A stretch of 64,000 nucleotides of DNA from Patescibacteria group bacterium (GCA_023380635.1 JAMCRP010000001.1:469200-533199), one strand, 5' to 3'. Shown: positions 46,879 to 56,131, counted from the stretch's first letter. Notes: generated by a model from the letters alone, not told the origin. Numbers and translations are program-made.

Positions 46879-49092
46879 TTACATAGCGCAGTCGGCGCAG
46901 TAGTTTTTCTGGAAGGGGTCGGAAATAACCAGGTGATCTTCTTCTGTCAGTTGATCCGGGGTAGGTTTGTCATTTGGTCCCGGGACTTTGTGGCTATCTT
47001 TGTAAACCAGAACTTTCTGTTTTTGGCCCCAGACGGAATCCTTTTGGGTGGGCACAAAAGCCTTAATAAAATATTCGCCGCGCTGGGGACAATCGTGATC
47101 GGGTAGCAAACCGGACAAACTGCAGACCTGGGCAAAGACAATGCCGTCGGGTTTAACCGGCCATTCGGCGGGTTTGCCCTTTAGAACATAGCCGAAAATA
47201 TCATGCCAGATGGGAGCGGCGCCAGTGTCGCCGGATTCGAGATAGGGTGACATCGGCGAATTGTCATTATTGCCGACCCAGACCGCAACTAAGTAACTTG
47301 GAGTATAACCAATGGTCCAATTATCCCGTTTGTCTTCGGTCGTACCCGTTTTAACGGAAACGGTTTCCCCGGGAATATTTAAGATGCTGCCGGCACCGAA
47401 AGTGGTGGCCCGGGCACTGTCATCTAAGAGGATATGAGAAATAAGATAAGTTACTTCCGAAGGTAAAACCCAGTGGCCATGCGGCACCCAGGGAGCGGAA
47501 CCGTCCCAAGAAGGTTGGGTGGTCTCGGTAGTAAAATGAGTGTTGTCTTCCAAAACTCGGCCGGTAGCGTCTTCAACCTTTAAAATTGGAGTTAAATCCT
47601 GTCGCCGTCCGGCGTTAGCAAACACGCCGTAAGCCACGGCCATGTCGACCATTTTTACTTCGCCGCCACCAAGAGTCAGGGAGTAACCATAGCGGCTGGG
47701 GTCATCATTAAAAGTGGTGATTCCCATGGCGGAGGCGGTGGCGATAAAGTCCGGAACAGTATTTAAAGCCAGTTCTTTTACGGCCGGGATATTAAAGGAA
47801 TTGCCCAAAGCAAACCGGGTTTGGACCACACCGTGGAATTTGCCGTCATAATTTCCCGGACAATAACTTTTGCCGTTAAACGGCGGAAAACAAAACGGAG
47901 CGTCGATCCAGGCGGTGGCTGGGGTGGTAGTGCCTTTCAAAAAACCCAGAGCGTAATTTAAGGGTTTAATAGAAGAGCCCGGGGACCGATTAGCCAAAGT
48001 AACATTAACCTTGCCGGAATCGGAGGCGAAATAATCTTTGGAGCCGATCATAGCCAAAATTTCCCCAGTGCTCGGTCTAGTGACCAGAGCTGCCCCGTTG
48101 CCGACATTTAAACTGGCTTGTTTAGCCACATCCGCGGATAAAGAAGCCTGAACGGCGTCTTGAAGATCTAAGTCCAGACTGGTCGTCACTTTTAGTCCGC
48201 CGTTTTCGACCAGGGTTTCGCCGTATTTTTGCACCAGCAGCTCTTTAACATAGGCGACAAAATGCGGGGCTTTAATCCCGGCAGAAACAGAGGCCATGTG
48301 GAGATTTTCATTTTCCGCAGTTTGGAGCTGGGCGTTGGAAATATAACCATCTTCAGCCATGCGCTGCAAAACCTGGTGTTGGCGGACAACACTGCGACTT
48401 GGATCGGTTCCAAAGGGGGAATAATAAGTGGGAGCCTGAGGTAATCCGGCCAAAAGTGCAGCTTGGGCCAGATCCAGATCTTTGGCGTGTTTGTTAAAAT
48501 AAATTTCGGCGGCCTCCTCAATGCCGTAAGCCGTGCCGCCATATGGTACCCGGTTAAGGTACATCGTTAAAATTTGGTCTTTGGTGTAAATTTTTTCTGT
48601 CCAGAAGGCCAAAGCCACCTCTCTAATTTTGCGCGTTATCGTGCGTTCAGGGGTTAATAAACTCATTTTAACCAGTTGTTGGGTGATTGTTGAGCCGCCC
48701 TCCAGTTGACTGCCGGTCAACATGTCTTTAATGGCCCGTAAAATTCCGCCGGCAAAATTAATCCCACCGTGTTTGTAAAAATCCTTGTCTTCAATAGAAA
48801 TTGTAGCTTCCTTAACTACCTGGGGAATATCTGAGGAGGGAATGACTGTTCGGTTCTCAGAGACATAAATGTTGTAAAGCAGTTTGCCGTTACGATCTAA
48901 AATCTTGGTAGTCTGGGGGACCGGCCGGTCGGTTAGGGCTGTAGGTCCGGGAAGGTCTTTGAGGGTTGCCACCAGAGTAATAAGTAGGGCAATTGCCCCG
49001 ACAGAAACCAAAGCCAAAAGATAAGGAATAAAGGAACGAAAGTCTTTCGGAGGAAAATGGAAACGGACAAAAAGTTTCCTGATTTTCTGCAC
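46879..49092 (-). CDS. Class A penicillin-binding protein (second paralogue)
   Basis: IEDKDFYKHGG...GGSTITQQL; SSIKPL, KTGTT. Confidence 0.85.
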   Translation of the reverse strand: MQKIRKLFVRFHFPPKDFRSFIPYLLALVSVGAIALLITLVATLKDLPGPTALTDRPVPQTTKILDRNGKLLYNIYVSENRTVIPSSDIPQVVKEATISIEDKDFYKHGGINFAGGILRAIKDMLTGSQLEGGSTITQQLVKMSLLTPERTITRKIREVALAFWTEKIYTKDQILTMYLNRVPYGGTAYGIEEAAEIYFNKHAKDLDLAQAALLAGLPQAPTYYSPFGTDPSRSVVRQHQVLQRMAEDGYISNAQLQTAENENLHMASVSAGIKAPHFVAYVKELLVQKYGETLVENGGLKVTTSLDLDLQDAVQASLSADVAKQASLNVGNGAALVTRPSTGEILAMIGSKDYFASDSGKVNVTLANRSPGSSIKPLNYALGFLKGTTTPATAWIDAPFCFPPFNGKSYCPGNYDGKFHGVVQTRFALGNSFNIPAVKELALNTVPDFIATASAMGITTFNDDPSRYGYSLTLGGGEVKMVDMAVAYGVFANAGRRQDLTPILKVEDATGRVLEDNTHFTTETTQPSWDGSAPWVPHGHWVLPSEVTYLISHILLDDSARATTFGAGSILNIPGETVSVKTGTTEDKRDNWTIGYTPSYLVAVWVGNNDNSPMSPYLESGDTGAAPIWHDIFGYVLKGKPAEWPVKPDGIVFAQVCSLSGLLPDHDCPQRGEYFIKAFVPTQKDSVWGQKQKVLVYKDSHKVPGPNDKPTPDQLTEEDHLVISDPFQKNYCADCAM

Positions 49093-49099
49093 GGCTTGA

Positions 49100-49690
49100 T
49101 TGTACCACGGACTTTGGGTTATTCTAAATTCAATGAAGATTAATAATATCGCCTTTTTGGGGTTTGCCGAGTGTAAACCGGAAAGTGACGAGTATAAAGA
49201 AGCTTTCGAAACGGCTAAACTTCTGGCGCAGGCGGGTTATACCATTATCGACGGCGGGGGACCGGGGATCATGCGGGCGGCTACCGAAGGGGCCCATGCC
49301 GGCGGGGGAAAAGCCATTGGCATTACTTATTATCCGGAAAGCAAGGAGCCAAACTTTGAAGGCCGGGACCCGGAAAATAAATTTGATGAAGAAATTATTG
49401 CCGACACCTATGTTGAACGGACGCTGCGAATTATGAACATGGCGGATGTCTATCTCATATTTAATGGCGGGACAGGAACGATTTCGGAGTTTGGCATGGC
49501 TTGGGGCTTAGCCCGGATTCATTTCGGCCACCACCGGCCTCTGATTTTGTTTGGCAATTTCTGGCACCAAATTATTGAAGCTTTCGGCAAGGGCATGCAT
49601 CTGCGGCCGGAAGAACTTCAGGTTTACCACATCGTGACCACTCCCGAAGAGGCGTTGATTAAGATTAAAGCGCTGGAAGCCGGCACGTAA
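49100..49690 (+). CDS. LOG family protein (TIGR00730; cytokinin riboside 5'-monophosphate phosphoribohydrolase-like)
   Basis: GGGPGIMRAATEGA ... GGTGTISE motifs. Confidence 0.7.
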   Translation: MYHGLWVILNSMKINNIAFLGFAECKPESDEYKEAFETAKLLAQAGYTIIDGGGPGIMRAATEGAHAGGGKAIGITYYPESKEPNFEGRDPENKFDEEIIADTYVERTLRIMNMADVYLIFNGGTGTISEFGMAWGLARIHFGHHRPLILFGNFWHQIIEAFGKGMHLRPEELQVYHIVTTPEEALIKIKALEAGT

Positions 49691-49695
49691 TTTTT

Positions 49696-49713
49696 AATTT
49701 GAAATTTCAAATT
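49696..49713. promoter_or_regulatory. Perfect 18-bp palindrome AATTTGAAATTTCAAATT at the deoC start
   Basis: Self-complementary; lies between the LOG stop (49690) and deoC. Confidence 0.4.
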
Positions 49714-50382
49714 GTGGATATTGCTAAATATCTCGACTTAGCTAATCATCATCCCAACTCTACTGAGGCGGATATTAAAAACATCTGCGACAAGGTAAAA
49801 GAATACGGCTTTAATTCCGCTTTTGTAAATCCGTTCTATATTCAGTACGCGAAAAGTTTTGGAGTAAAGGTCGGAACGGTAATCTCCTTCCCGTTGGGTC
49901 AGGAAACTCTATCCGTAAAAAGTGGCTGCGCGGAAAGCTACGCCTCGCTGGGGGCTGACGAGCTGGATGTTTCCTTAAATGTTGGGTACATCAAGTCGGG
50001 AAAATATACCGAGAGTTTGGTGGAAATGAAAGCGGTGGTGGAAGCAGCCAGAAGGATTAATCCTAAGATAATCATTAAATTTATTCCGGAAACCGGTTAT
50101 TTAACCCCCGATGAGATTAAGCAGACGGCAGAAATCATGGCCGATTCTGGCGCGGATTTTTTCAAAACCTGTTCGGGGCTGGGGCCGCGGGGAGCTACCG
50201 TCGAAGATATCAAACTAGTTCGCGAAGCCATTGGTAAGAAGCTAAAGATAAAAGTGGCCGGTGGCATTGAAACTTTTACCCAGGCAAAATCCTTTATCGA
50301 TGCCGGAGCGGACCGCATTGGAACTTCTCATGCGGTGGAAATTACGACTAAGTCCGCCGCTACAAAATTCTCCGGAGAGTAG
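49699..50382 (+). CDS. deoC: Deoxyribose-phosphate aldolase
   Basis: DeoC N-terminal pattern (ANHHPNSTEADIKNICDKVKEYGF..AFVNP), Schiff-base region KIKVAGGI. The start is either TTG 49699 or GTG 49714. Confidence 0.75.
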   Translation: MKFQIVDIAKYLDLANHHPNSTEADIKNICDKVKEYGFNSAFVNPFYIQYAKSFGVKVGTVISFPLGQETLSVKSGCAESYASLGADELDVSLNVGYIKSGKYTESLVEMKAVVEAARRINPKIIIKFIPETGYLTPDEIKQTAEIMADSGADFFKTCSGLGPRGATVEDIKLVREAIGKKLKIKVAGGIETFTQAKSFIDAGADRIGTSHAVEITTKSAATKFSGE

Positions 50383-50396
50383 TGTAATATGAATAT

Positions 50397-51314
50397 ATGC
50401 TGCCCGAGTTTGTTTGCGTGGGGGACGCGACCCGCGATTTTTTCATTTTTCCTGAAAGCCTGACCGTAACCAACGGCAAACTGGAGCTGGAATACGGGGC
50501 CAAAATTCCGGTTTCCGACATTGCCTGGTCGCTGGGCGGCAACGCGGCCAATGTTTCCGTGGGACTGTCCCGGCTGGGAATAAACGCTGCCTTGGTAACC
50601 ATCTTTGGCGATGACGACCGGGGAGTCTGGATTAAACGGGAACTAATGAAAAATAATGTCGTTTTAGACTATTCTGTAATTGATCCGGCGCGCCAGTCCA
50701 ATCTATCGACGGTGATCGTGGTCGGCGGCGACCGGACAATTTTAAGCTATCACGCTCCAACAACTCAAAAAATCGCTAAAATCCCTGAAACTAAGTGGCT
50801 GTATCTGACCTCGTCTGCCGGAAAAAGTTCCGACGAAACCTTTGCGGCGATAGAAACTTTCCTGACTGCCCGCGGCCAATCGGGCGGTCTCTGCCCCAAA
50901 ATTGCCTTTAACCCCAATATGCAGGATTTAAAGAAGGGCCGGGAATATCTCCAATCGATTTTAGCAGTGACCGAAGTTTTAATCCTTAATAAGGAAGAGC
51001 TGGAAACTTTAATCGGGGAAGTGACAGAAGAAAAGATGCGGGAACTAGGACCAAAAATAATTGCCGTGACTGACGGACCCAACGGGGCCGGAATTTTTGA
51101 TGGCCAAAAGTATTGGCAAAAACCTTCTGTCGGCGGTAAAGCAGTTGAAGCCACCGGAGCCGGAGATGCCTTTAGCAGCGGCTTTCTGGCCGCGCTGTAT
51201 TACGGTAAAAATCTGGAAGAGGCCCTCGATTGGGGACTGCGAAATTCAGGTTCTGTTATTAAGAGGGTTGGAGCCATAGAAGGTCTCCTGGATAAAAATG
51301 CTATCTCAATTTGA
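50397..51314 (+). CDS. PfkB-family carbohydrate/nucleoside kinase (ribokinase-like)
   Basis: GGNAANVSVGLSRLG and GAGDAF motifs. Confidence 0.7.
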   Translation: MLPEFVCVGDATRDFFIFPESLTVTNGKLELEYGAKIPVSDIAWSLGGNAANVSVGLSRLGINAALVTIFGDDDRGVWIKRELMKNNVVLDYSVIDPARQSNLSTVIVVGGDRTILSYHAPTTQKIAKIPETKWLYLTSSAGKSSDETFAAIETFLTARGQSGGLCPKIAFNPNMQDLKKGREYLQSILAVTEVLILNKEELETLIGEVTEEKMRELGPKIIAVTDGPNGAGIFDGQKYWQKPSVGGKAVEATGAGDAFSSGFLAALYYGKNLEEALDWGLRNSGSVIKRVGAIEGLLDKNAISI

Positions 51315-51362
51315 AATTTGAATTTTTCAATTTGAATTTAATTTCAAATTTTAAATTTCAAA
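51308..51362. repeat. AT-rich block of TTTGAAATT / AATTTCAAA inverted motifs upstream of the aldolase gene
   Basis: AATTTGAAATTTGAATTTTTCAATTTGAATTTAATTTCAAATTTTAAATTTCAAA; related to the deoC palindrome and to the AAATTCCAAA repeat family. Confidence 0.4.
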
Positions 51363-51387
51363 ATGAAAATTGGAGTTGAAAAAGAAA

Positions 51388-52251
51388 ATGGAAAATCAGT
51401 TAAAAGCTTTCCTAGACAAAGCAAATAGGGAAAAGTTTGCTATTGGCGCTTTTAATTTGGATAGCCTAGAGACTTTAAAAGCCCTAGCAGCAGCGGCGAA
51501 AAAAATGCGGGCGCCAGTTTTGGCGGAAGTGTCGCCGGGAGAAGTGGATTATATTGGTATCCGGAATTTAGCAGCTTTAATCGATAATACGAGACGCGAG
51601 TTTGGGATACCGCTTTTTCTCAATCTCGATCATGCGGAAGATACCGACAAGATAGAAGAAGCTTTAAATTTCGGTTTTGACCTGGTTCATTATGACGGCT
51701 CAAAGTTGTCGTTTGAGAAGAATTTGCATAACGCGATTCCGGTAGTCAAAGCCGCCCACGAAAAAGGAATTTTAGTCGAGGGAGAGTTTGATCATTTTCC
51801 CGGGAGTAGTGAACTGCATGAAGAGACTTCTACGGACTCAGAGCAGATTCTCACCGACCCCGAAATGGCCAGAGCCTTTGTAAAAGAAACGAGAATAGAT
51901 ATTTTGGCCGTTTTTGTCGGGAATAAGCACGGGGTCTATACCGACGGCAGCGAGCGGATTAATTTAGAGCATTTAAAAAAACTGCGGGAGATTTTACCTG
52001 ATACCTGGTTTTCGCTGCACGGCGGATCGGGGATACCAGCCGAAGATATCAGGGAAGCGATAAAGTACGGCATCGTTAAGGTGAACATTAATACCGAACT
52101 GCGCCTGGCCTGGCGGGAAAGTTTGGAAGTAACCCTTGGTGATAACCGCCATGAAGCTGCCTGGTACAAACTGACCGAAAAACCAATTGCTGAAGTAGAA
52201 AGGGTCATCGAAGAGAAGATCAAGGTTTTCTCCGGTTCTAGTTCAGATTGA
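51388..52251 (+). CDS. fba: Class II fructose/tagatose-bisphosphate aldolase family protein
   Basis: N-terminal FAIGAFN, metal-binding LDHAED/HGGSG motifs. The ATG at 51388 with a GGAG RBS is preferred to the TTG at 51370. Confidence 0.7.
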   Translation: MENQLKAFLDKANREKFAIGAFNLDSLETLKALAAAAKKMRAPVLAEVSPGEVDYIGIRNLAALIDNTRREFGIPLFLNLDHAEDTDKIEEALNFGFDLVHYDGSKLSFEKNLHNAIPVVKAAHEKGILVEGEFDHFPGSSELHEETSTDSEQILTDPEMARAFVKETRIDILAVFVGNKHGVYTDGSERINLEHLKKLREILPDTWFSLHGGSGIPAEDIREAIKYGIVKVNINTELRLAWRESLEVTLGDNRHEAAWYKLTEKPIAEVERVIEEKIKVFSGSSSD

Positions 52252-52534
52252 TTTCGTGATATATCTGCGGTTGACAGTCACTTCTTTTTTCTAATGGAAC
52301 AAGAAGATTACTACTGGACAGGTCGGCTATAAGTGCCAGGGTGAAGCATTCGCTGAAACTGATTCTGGATTGGATTGCCAGATAGAGCCGTTCGGCCCGA
52401 AGTTTATGTCTTTCGTGGGGTGTTTGGCCCGACCGGCGGCGGAAATTAAAGGATTCGTAAAATTCGTCCATGTTATCCGGATCATACAAAGAAACGAGTT
52501 GAAAAAGAAGCCGGTAAATGACACTATTAATTAG

Positions 52535-53473
52535 ATGAAAGTTGTAATTACTCACCATATTCCCGGACCGGCGGAAGAAATGCTAAAGAAGGCCGGATAC
52601 GAAGTGGCTGTCGGGTCAGACATGACCGGGGCGGACGCGCTCCTGACTTTACTTACCGATAAAATTGACGGGGCAGTGATGGATGCGGTAGGGGAGCAGC
52701 TAAAAATTATTGCCAATTATGCGGTCGGCTACGACAATATTGATCTGGAAGCGGCCACGCAGAGAAATATCTTTGTTACCAACACTCCGGGGGGTTTTGA
52801 AAGATCAGTGGCGGAACATACAATGCTTTTGCTTTTGGCGGTGGCCCGGAAACTTATTCCGGCGGACCGGTTTTTGCGCAATAACGAGTACGAGCGCTGG
52901 GACCCGAATTTATTTTTAGGAGACGAACTGTACGGGAAAACTTTGGGCATAGTCGGGTTGGGTCGAATCGGATCATGTGTTGCCAAAATTGCCGCGGCGG
53001 GGTTCGGAATGAAAATTTTATACCATTGTCACACTCCCAATCCTGACCTGGAAAAAGAGCTGGGGGCGACACATTACCTTAATTTGCTGGAAATGCTGCC
53101 TTTATGCGACGCGGTTTCTTTGCATGTGCCTCTGACTCCGGAAACGAAGCATTGCATCGGGCAAAAAGAGCTGTCCAGTATGAAAAAAACGGCCTATTTA
53201 ATTAATACTGCCCGGGGAGCAGTGGTGGACGAAATGGCTCTGGCAAAAGCCCTACAGGAAAATTGGATCGCCGGGGCGGGGTTGGATGTGTTTGAAGATG
53301 AAACCAAAACTGTCACGGAGTCAGAAAGTATTCTCTATAAACTAGATAATGTCGTCTTAACGCCGCACATCGCCTCAGCGACGATAGCCGCGAGAAACGA
53401 AATGAGCCGAATTGCTGCGGAAAATATTCTTACGGCTTTGTCCGGTCAGACGCCGAAGGATTTGGTGAAGTAG
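52535..53473 (+). CDS. D-isomer-specific 2-hydroxyacid dehydrogenase (glycerate/hydroxypyruvate or phosphoglycerate dehydrogenase-like)
   Basis: NAD-binding GIVGLGRIGSCVAKIA, catalytic R/E/H pattern. Confidence 0.75.
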   Translation: MKVVITHHIPGPAEEMLKKAGYEVAVGSDMTGADALLTLLTDKIDGAVMDAVGEQLKIIANYAVGYDNIDLEAATQRNIFVTNTPGGFERSVAEHTMLLLLAVARKLIPADRFLRNNEYERWDPNLFLGDELYGKTLGIVGLGRIGSCVAKIAAAGFGMKILYHCHTPNPDLEKELGATHYLNLLEMLPLCDAVSLHVPLTPETKHCIGQKELSSMKKTAYLINTARGAVVDEMALAKALQENWIAGAGLDVFEDETKTVTESESILYKLDNVVLTPHIASATIAARNEMSRIAAENILTALSGQTPKDLVK

Positions 53474-53726
53474 TTACTGCTCGTTGTTCGAAAGGACAAT
53501 GGCCCGAGCGGGTACAAACGCAAAACCTCTGGCCGGTTTTGACGAAGCCCCGGGAAAACTGATAGCCGCCTTCTGTAAAAATGGCCACTGAAACTCTCTG
53601 GCCTGCCATTGTCGGGTCCTGACAAGTTGTTTTGTCCGGCAGCCGCTTGTTTTTCCTTTCCGGCATCTGGCTATTTTCCCCCATTTTTCCGGAAAGTCAA
53701 TTTGGCTAATCGTCGAAATAATCGAG

Positions 53727-53954
53727 CTAAGATTTAGGGGCTGGATTAGGGGAGGGAATTTCGTTGATTGAAACCCGGCGAAAGTAGACAAAAGCGGATT
53801 TTTTGCCGTGGTCCGGGCAGACGGCTATTAAATCGTTTTCGGGGGGTAAGCGCCGGGAAGCAGTCACCACCCGGCGAAAATAATGGGGCCCTTCCGGACA
53901 TTCATTAGTAATCACAAATAAGCGTTTTTCGGTCATAGGCAGCTTTCTTGGCAA
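53727..53954 (-). CDS. Hypothetical small Cys/His-containing protein (75 aa)
   Basis: ORF only (NECPEGPH...VCPDHG). Confidence 0.2.
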   Translation of the reverse strand: MPRKLPMTEKRLFVITNECPEGPHYFRRVVTASRRLPPENDLIAVCPDHGKKSAFVYFRRVSINEIPSPNPAPKS

Positions 53955-53967
53955 ATGCTACACTAAA

Positions 53968-54975
53968 TTGATGATGAAACTGTTAACAATTGATCAGGAA
54001 GAAGTGAAGGAGAAGCGGGTGCTGGTAAGGGGAGATATTGACGTTCCGCTTCAAATTCCAAGCTCCAAATCCCAAATTCCAATAATCACTGACGACACAC
54101 GACTGCAAGCGATGAAACCGATGCTGGAATACCTTATTAAAAACGAGGCTTCGGAAATAATTCTTTGCGGACATATAGGCAGGCCGGAAGGGAAAGTGAG
54201 GCCGGAGTTGTCAACTAAACCCGTACAAGAATGGATAAGCGGGAAAGTGGGTAAGCAGGTAAGGGTTTTAGAAAACTTAAGGTTCGACCCGAGAGAAGAG
54301 GCCAATGATGAAAGTTTCGCGCGCGAATTGGCCGCAATGGCGGATATTTATATTAATGAAGCTTTTGCCGCTTGCGAGAGAGAACACGCGTCTATCGTCG
54401 GAGTACCGAAGCTGCTCCCGCATTACGCTGGATTTAGGTTAGCGGAAGAGGTAGAAAAATTAAGCAGGGTAATGGATAACCCGGAGAGACCAATGCTGGT
54501 AATTATCGGCGGAGCGAAGTTGGAAACAAAACTGCCGGTCATTACAAAAATGGTGCAAGCGGCTGATGAGATAGTTGTGGGAGGGAAATTGTTGGGGGAG
54601 ATAAAGGACAAAGGATCCGGAACAAAGATCCACTACCTTGAATTGACTGACGGCGGGAAAGATGTCACACTGGAATCAATCGACGCTAATAAAGAGGCGA
54701 TTGCCGACGCAGCGACCATTGTCTGGAACGGGCCGATGGGAGTAGTGGAGGACTACACCTTTCAAGTTGGCACTAGGAGAATCGCCGAATTGGTCGCCAG
54801 CAATCAAAAGGCGAATAAGATTATCGGTGGCGGGGATACAATTGGATTTGTGAATAAGTTGGGGTTATTAGATAAGTTTCAGTGGGTGAGCACGGGCGGA
54901 GGGAGCATGCTGAAATTTTTAGCCGGGGAAAAACTACCCGGCATTGAAGCACTTTATGATCAGACTGGCAATTAA
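53968..54975 (+). CDS. pgk: Phosphoglycerate kinase
   Basis: KRVLVRGDIDVPL...ITDDTRL, GHIGRPEG, GGGDT motifs; 335 aa. Confidence 0.85.
   Translation: MMMKLLTIDQEEVKEKRVLVRGDIDVPLQIPSSKSQIPIITDDTRLQAMKPMLEYLIKNEASEIILCGHIGRPEGKVRPELSTKPVQEWISGKVGKQVRVLENLRFDPREEANDESFARELAAMADIYINEAFAACEREHASIVGVPKLLPHYAGFRLAEEVEKLSRVMDNPERPMLVIIGGAKLETKLPVITKMVQAADEIVVGGKLLGEIKDKGSGTKIHYLELTDGGKDVTLESIDANKEAIADAATIVWNGPMGVVEDYTFQVGTRRIAELVASNQKANKIIGGGDTIGFVNKLGLLDKFQWVSTGGGSMLKFLAGEKLPGIEALYDQTGN
54049..54087 (+). repeat. AAATTCCAA-family repeat inserted in frame in the pgk N-terminal loop
   Basis: TTCAAATTCCAAGCTCCAAATCCCAAATTCCAATAATC encodes QIPSSKSQIPII, which is absent from canonical Pgk between DVPL and ITDDTR. 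Confidence 0.55.
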
Positions 54976-55996
54976 CGGTTACGGGCGGATTGGCCGGGTG
55001 GCTCATCGGGTGATTTTGGAAAGATTTTCCGACCAGATAGAGATTGCCGCGATTAACGGTGGCGCTTCCACGGATACGGTTGGCTGGGCCTACCTTCTGA
55101 AATATGACACGGCGTACGGGATTTTGAATAATCATCTGGTTGCCGGCGAGCCGGGAAAACTGGTCGTTGACGGAAGAGACATTCCTTTTTTAACGGAAAA
55201 GGATCCGGCCAAATTGCCCTGGAAAGATCTTAATATCGATGTAGTGCTCGAATGCACCGGTCAATTTACTACGGCGGAAAAAATTAAACCCCATCTGGAT
55301 GCCGGAGCCAAAAAAGTAGTTTTGTCCGCGCCGGCTAAAGACAGCACCATTAAAACTTTTGTTCTGGATGTCAATTTGGATCCCGGAGTCAAAACAATGT
55401 CCGGAGCTTCAAACTTACCTGCCGATCAAGTAATTTCTAACGCTTCCTGCACGACCAACTGCATTTCCCCGGTGGCTCAGATTATGGTCGAGAAATTTGG
55501 CGTTAATAAGGCCATGATGACCACCATGCACGCCTACACTTCCGACCAAAGGCTTCAGGATGGGGGCCACAAAGATTACCGCCGGGCGCGGGCAGCCGGC
55601 CAAAACATTATCCCAACCACGACCGGAGCCGCCATTGCCGCCACCGAAACCGTGCCGGAATTAAAAGGTCTGTTTACCGGGGTTGCCATAAGAGTTCCGG
55701 TGATCGTGGGGTCGCTTTCCGATTTTACTTTTCATTTAAAGCGGACTACGACCGTCGAAGAAGTAAACGGTGTTTTGAAAACAGCGGCTGAAAGCCCGCG
55801 GTACAAAAATGTCCTGGAAGTATCCAGCGACCCCCTGGTTTCCTCGGATATCGTCGGCAATCCGCACTCGGCTATAGTCGATTTGTCATTGACTCAGGTT
55901 GCCGGCGGGGATTTAGTTAAGGTTTTTGCCTGGTATGATAACGAATGGGGTTATGCAAACAGATTGGTCGAAGAAGCGATATTAGTCGGGAGCTAA
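54956..55996 (+). CDS. gap: Glyceraldehyde-3-phosphate dehydrogenase, type I
   Basis: INGYGRIGR, catalytic SCTTNC, WYDNEWGY. Start taken at the ATG at 54956. Confidence 0.9.
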   Translation: MIRLAINGYGRIGRVAHRVILERFSDQIEIAAINGGASTDTVGWAYLLKYDTAYGILNNHLVAGEPGKLVVDGRDIPFLTEKDPAKLPWKDLNIDVVLECTGQFTTAEKIKPHLDAGAKKVVLSAPAKDSTIKTFVLDVNLDPGVKTMSGASNLPADQVISNASCTTNCISPVAQIMVEKFGVNKAMMTTMHAYTSDQRLQDGGHKDYRRARAAGQNIIPTTTGAAIAATETVPELKGLFTGVAIRVPVIVGSLSDFTFHLKRTTTVEEVNGVLKTAAESPRYKNVLEVSSDPLVSSDIVGNPHSAIVDLSLTQVAGGDLVKVFAWYDNEWGYANRLVEEAILVGS

Positions 55997-56131
55997 TTAT
56001 TTTTTCTTTTTTTCAACTTTGGCTTCGTCTTCATCGGGGATTTGAGTCAGAATCAGAAATAAAATTATGCCGGCAAAGACCGAGGTTCCAATGATAAAAA
56101 CATTAACTGGAATGGCGTCAATTAACCACAT
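55997..56131 (-). CDS. Possible 44-aa single-TM peptide with KKKK tail
   Basis: MWLIDAIPVNVFIIGTSVFAGIILFLILTQIPDEDEAKVEKKKK; below the ORF-track cutoff and unsupported beyond the ORF. Confidence 0.2.
   Translation of the reverse strand: MWLIDAIPVNVFIIGTSVFAGIILFLILTQIPDEDEAKVEKKKK

Noticed and set aside
52359-52371. 13-nt match CTGATTCTGGATT to the 5' region of E. coli tmRNA (ssrA)
   Set aside because: There is no GGGG acceptor start and no downstream tRNA-like TTCGA...CCA end. The gap is too short for a tmRNA, so this is most likely coincidence.
53474-53791. 105-aa minus-strand ORF in the pgk upstream gap
   Set aside because: Composition is not protein-like and there is no RBS; the region is treated as non-coding.
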